Of a stretch of 64,000 nt of DNA, positions 58,947 through 64,000 are shown one piece after another. The notes under the pieces were generated by a model. It was not told where the DNA came from. It saw only the letters and a program-made list of their open reading frames with translations, and did not search any database. The DNA is from Sphingobacteriaceae bacterium (GTDB lineage: Bacteria > Bacteroidota > Bacteroidia > UBA7662). The stretch's first letter is position 1. Each line of letters starts with the position of its first letter. Location of the stretch: positions 176,660-240,659 of the forward strand of contig JAUXNJ010000010.1 in assembly GCA_030682795.1 (NCBI GenBank). The letters run 5' to 3'. The position numbers were made by a program, and so were the translations under genes.

Positions 58947-59485
58947 TGGTTTCTTAAGCTGTCAATCAATAGCTGTTCAAAAGGCGATTTGATGGCCACA
59001 ATGCTATCGCTGAGGGCATTGGGTACGGTCATCGACAAAACATACTGTTTGATTTTCCAGCCGGCTTCGGTTTTTGCCAATACCCCACTGCCGCGGGCAA
59101 TTTTGGCATAGGGGGCATCGAGCAATTCATCGAACCAGGCCAGGTCACCCTGCTTGCTGAGGTAAATGTGGCGTTCGAGGGCTTTGAAGTGCCAGCCACG
59201 ACCAGCCGCAAAAGGCGCTTGGGCATAGGCGTAAAAGCTGGCTTTGTTCCAATGCTCGGTGGCGTCGGTGCCTATAAACACAGCGTCTTCGGTGAAAAAG
59301 CTGAAGTAGCCTTCTAAATCGGAGCGAGCAGCAGCGGCGTGAAAGTCAGTTAAGGTTTGGACAACAAACAGGCTGTCGCCATGCAGGGAGTTTGCCTTGG
59401 AGGGATTGAAATCAGGCTGGGAGGCATTTTCACAGCTGAACAGCAGCAGGCAGCAGCTGAGCAGCAATTGTAAGTTTTTAAGCAT
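58943..59485 (-). CDS. NTF2-like (SnoaL/DUF4440-like) lipoprotein
   Basis: Lipobox LLFSC. 180 aa. alpha+beta cone-like composition. Family call tentative. Confidence 0.45.
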   Translation of the reverse strand: MLKNLQLLLSCCLLLFSCENASQPDFNPSKANSLHGDSLFVVQTLTDFHAAAARSDLEGYFSFFTEDAVFIGTDATEHWNKASFYAYAQAPFAAGRGWHFKALERHIYLSKQGDLAWFDELLDAPYAKIARGSGVLAKTEAGWKIKQYVLSMTVPNALSDSIVAIKSPFEQLLIDSLRNQ

Positions 59486-59602
59486 GAGGCGGTTTTAAGT
59501 GGAGGTTGAAAAGACAAAATGCCTATTTGATAAAGGTAGCAAAACGCATTTAATCAACTTTGCCAGCCCGCGTACTTTTTAAAACTCAAACATACTCCTT
59601 TC

Positions 59603-59645
59603 AATAAAAAAGCGCCAAACCGATATGGCTTGGCGCTTTTTAAAA
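59603..59645 (-). terminator. Rho-independent terminator after katG (GCGCCAA-11 nt-TTGGCGC plus T-run on minus strand; A-run on the other side, possibly bidirectional)
   Basis: Read from sequence 59611-59637 with flanking A/T runs. Confidence 0.6.
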
Positions 59646-59667
59646 GTATAAAGGTGGTTGCGGCAGC

Positions 59668-62001
<2,334 letters not shown>

Positions 62002-62197
62002 TTATGGAAGGACAACTTTGGTGCGCGAAAGAAAGTTCGATTTTGAAGTATTTAGGACTTATCGTGCAAGCTTTTGATTGGTTATTTAAAGAGGAATCTA
62101 ATCAGGGTGCTTTAGCATGTTAATTAAGCATTGGTTTTGGGGAATGATAGACTTGCCAGTTCAATGATGGATGCTGTATTTTACCCTGGTGTTCAGT

Positions 62198-64000
62198 TTA
62201 GCCCGTATTTTTTAAGCCACTCGACAAAGCATTGATGATGCTGAGGAGCTGAACGAGTAATTTTTCTTTTTCAACTTCCTCCGTGGCTGCCGTATTGCGC
62301 CATTTTTGGAGGTAATCGATGTGTAAATGATGCAGCACTGCAAGTTTGTCGTTGCGCCACAGCAGGTTGTCGTATTGCCCATTTCGTCGAATGGCCGCAG
62401 GCTGGTCAAAGAGCTCTTCAAGCAGCTCGAAGCCCTTTTGGTAATCGTCCAACAGCTTTTCCATAAACAAAGCACTTTGGTGCCCATCCTCCACCAAAGC
62501 AGCATATTGCCGCATCAGCTCAGCATTGGCCAAAATGAGGTTGGTTTCGGTTTGAATCATTAGAAATTTGAAAAATGGCCACGCTTGCACCCACTGCTTG
62601 AGCAATTGGTAATCGGCCGGTTTTTCGGTTTTGAGACCGTGCAGGGCGCTGCCTAAGCCATACCAGCCGGTGAGGGCAATGCGCGACAAATTCCAGCTGA
62701 ATACCCAAGGAATGGCCCGCAAATCGTTGAGGGTGCGGTTGCCAGTGCGTCGCGCAGGTCGGGAGCCGATTTTGCTTTGCTCCAAAACATCGATGCAGGT
62801 GGCTTGACTGTAAAACTGGATGAAGCCCGGACTTTCAATCAGTGCCCGGTATTGCGCAAACGAACGCTCGGCCAAATACGCCATCGAAGCCAAGGGATAG
62901 CTGGGTAAACTGCTTGCCTTTTTGTTCTGCACCAAATGCCTGGCAACGCCCGAAGCCAGGGCATTTAAATTGTATTTGGCGGTCATGGGATTCCCAAAAA
63001 GCTGGGCCACCGACTCGCCTTGCACGGTGATTTTTAAGGTGCCCACCAGGCTGTTTTCAGGCAAACTTTCTACAAAACGGTGATATTTACCGCCGCCCCT
63101 GCTGATGGTACCGCCGGTTCCATGGAAAAAATATACCGCCACCCCGTTTTTTCGCCCTACTTCGCTCAGCGCCATTTCGGCCTTGTGCAAATGCCACTTG
63201 CTGGCAATGGTGCCGCCATCTTTGTTGCTGTCGCTGTAGCCAAGCATCACCTCCTGCTGTGGGGCGGTCTTTTGCAAGCGAACCCGGGTAATGGGATGTT
63301 GGAGAAAGGCCTCTAAAATCTGTGGACCGTGGTGCAAGTCTTCAATGGTTTCAAGCAAGGGGACCACGCTCAAATGGGCACCCAACAACTGGGTTTCGCG
63401 CATGAAAAAATACACTACCAACAAATCACTCAAATTCCGGGTCATGCTTACGATAAAAGCACCTATCCCAGCCGCACCATAACGGTCAAGGTGCTGCCGT
63501 ACAGCGCGGTAGCAGTCGAGCACTTGGTCGGCCTCGGGACCGTAAATCGCCGTTACGTCGGTGAATGGACTGTTTTGGGACAGCTGTTGCGTTAAAAACG
63601 CCACCCGTTTCGACTCAGGCCATTGATCAAACTGAAAATCGTGTTCGCCTGCCGCCTGTAAAAGCTGCACCATCGCTTTGTCGTGGAAAGCGCTGTTTTG
63701 ACGGATGTCGAGCTTCGCCAAATGAAAGCCAAAGCACTGCACCGCCCTTTCGAGTGGAAAAAGCAGCGCTTCCGCCACCGCTTGCATGCCGTTTTCGTTT
63801 AAAAGCAATCTCAAAAAAGCCAGGTCAGCGGCAAAGTCCGCACTCGATTTGTAATACGTGCCCGCCAAGGCAAAAGCATCGCTCGCAGTGGCCTCGAGCT
63901 GCAGCAGGAGCAAATTGGCGTATTGGCGCCAGGGCTCATAAGGATTGCGCGCAATGGCCTGCTGGGCTGCGGCGCCCAACAAAACGGCTTTGCGCTCGAG
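62198..64000 (-). CDS. ppc: Phosphoenolpyruvate carboxylase, C-terminal ~600 aa (N-terminus beyond window end)
   Basis: FHGTGGTISRGGG motif (PEPC FHGRGG-type) and C-terminal ...NTG ending. The frame stays open to the window edge. Confidence 0.85.
   Translation of the reverse strand, partial: LERKAVLLGAAAQQAIARNPYEPWRQYANLLLLQLEATASDAFALAGTYYKSSADFAADLAFLRLLLNENGMQAVAEALLFPLERAVQCFGFHLAKLDIRQNSAFHDKAMVQLLQAAGEHDFQFDQWPESKRVAFLTQQLSQNSPFTDVTAIYGPEADQVLDCYRAVRQHLDRYGAAGIGAFIVSMTRNLSDLLVVYFFMRETQLLGAHLSVVPLLETIEDLHHGPQILEAFLQHPITRVRLQKTAPQQEVMLGYSDSNKDGGTIASKWHLHKAEMALSEVGRKNGVAVYFFHGTGGTISRGGGKYHRFVESLPENSLVGTLKITVQGESVAQLFGNPMTAKYNLNALASGVARHLVQNKKASSLPSYPLASMAYLAERSFAQYRALIESPGFIQFYSQATCIDVLEQSKIGSRPARRTGNRTLNDLRAIPWVFSWNLSRIALTGWYGLGSALHGLKTEKPADYQLLKQWVQAWPFFKFLMIQTETNLILANAELMRQYAALVEDGHQSALFMEKLLDDYQKGFELLEELFDQPAAIRRNGQYDNLLWRNDKLAVLHHLHIDYLQKWRNTAATEEVEKEKLLVQLLSIINALSSGLKNTG

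Overview
This 64-kb window looks like a Bacteroidota-type chromosome: genes for T9SS C-terminal sorting domains, 7TMR-DISM and TPR sensor kinases, a GldA-like ABC trio, and a partial type III glutamine synthetase at the left edge. The core genes are mostly GC-rich housekeeping genes: glnA-III (partial), purL, an Fe-S oxidoreductase pair, tpx, grpE-dnaJ, a CoA-transferase, metH and metF behind a SAM-I riboswitch, katG, and ppc (partial at the right edge). The window is interrupted by several visibly AT-richer accessory segments:
- 5.7-7.1 kb: an AT-rich islet carrying a ParE-like toxin-antitoxin pair and a pair of palindromic 24-mers.
- 20.8-21.6 kb: a GNAT/DUF1778 (TacAT-like) toxin-antitoxin pair.
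- 22.4-31.3 kb: a large accessory region. It begins with a ~3-kb island bracketed by a ~145-bp direct duplication of the esterase 5' end and promoter. The island holds a CxxC thioredoxin-like protein, a lipoprotein and a Cys-rich small secreted protein, followed by a decayed gene fragment. Next come an MNT/HepT toxin-antitoxin pair, a run of secreted hypothetical proteins, and a DUF4143 AAA ATPase bracketed by a ~56-bp palindromic repeat.
- 35.2-35.9 kb: a GxxExxY (PD-(D/E)XK-like) gene flanked by tandem and inverted 'CACGGAGG' repeat blocks, inserted exactly between metH and metF.
Two rho-independent terminators and an unusual long-range inverted array of AATCGC-type heptamers lie between dnaJ and the CoA-transferase. 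No rRNA, tRNA or CRISPR arrays were seen. All functional calls rest on motif and family recognition by eye; no database search was possible.
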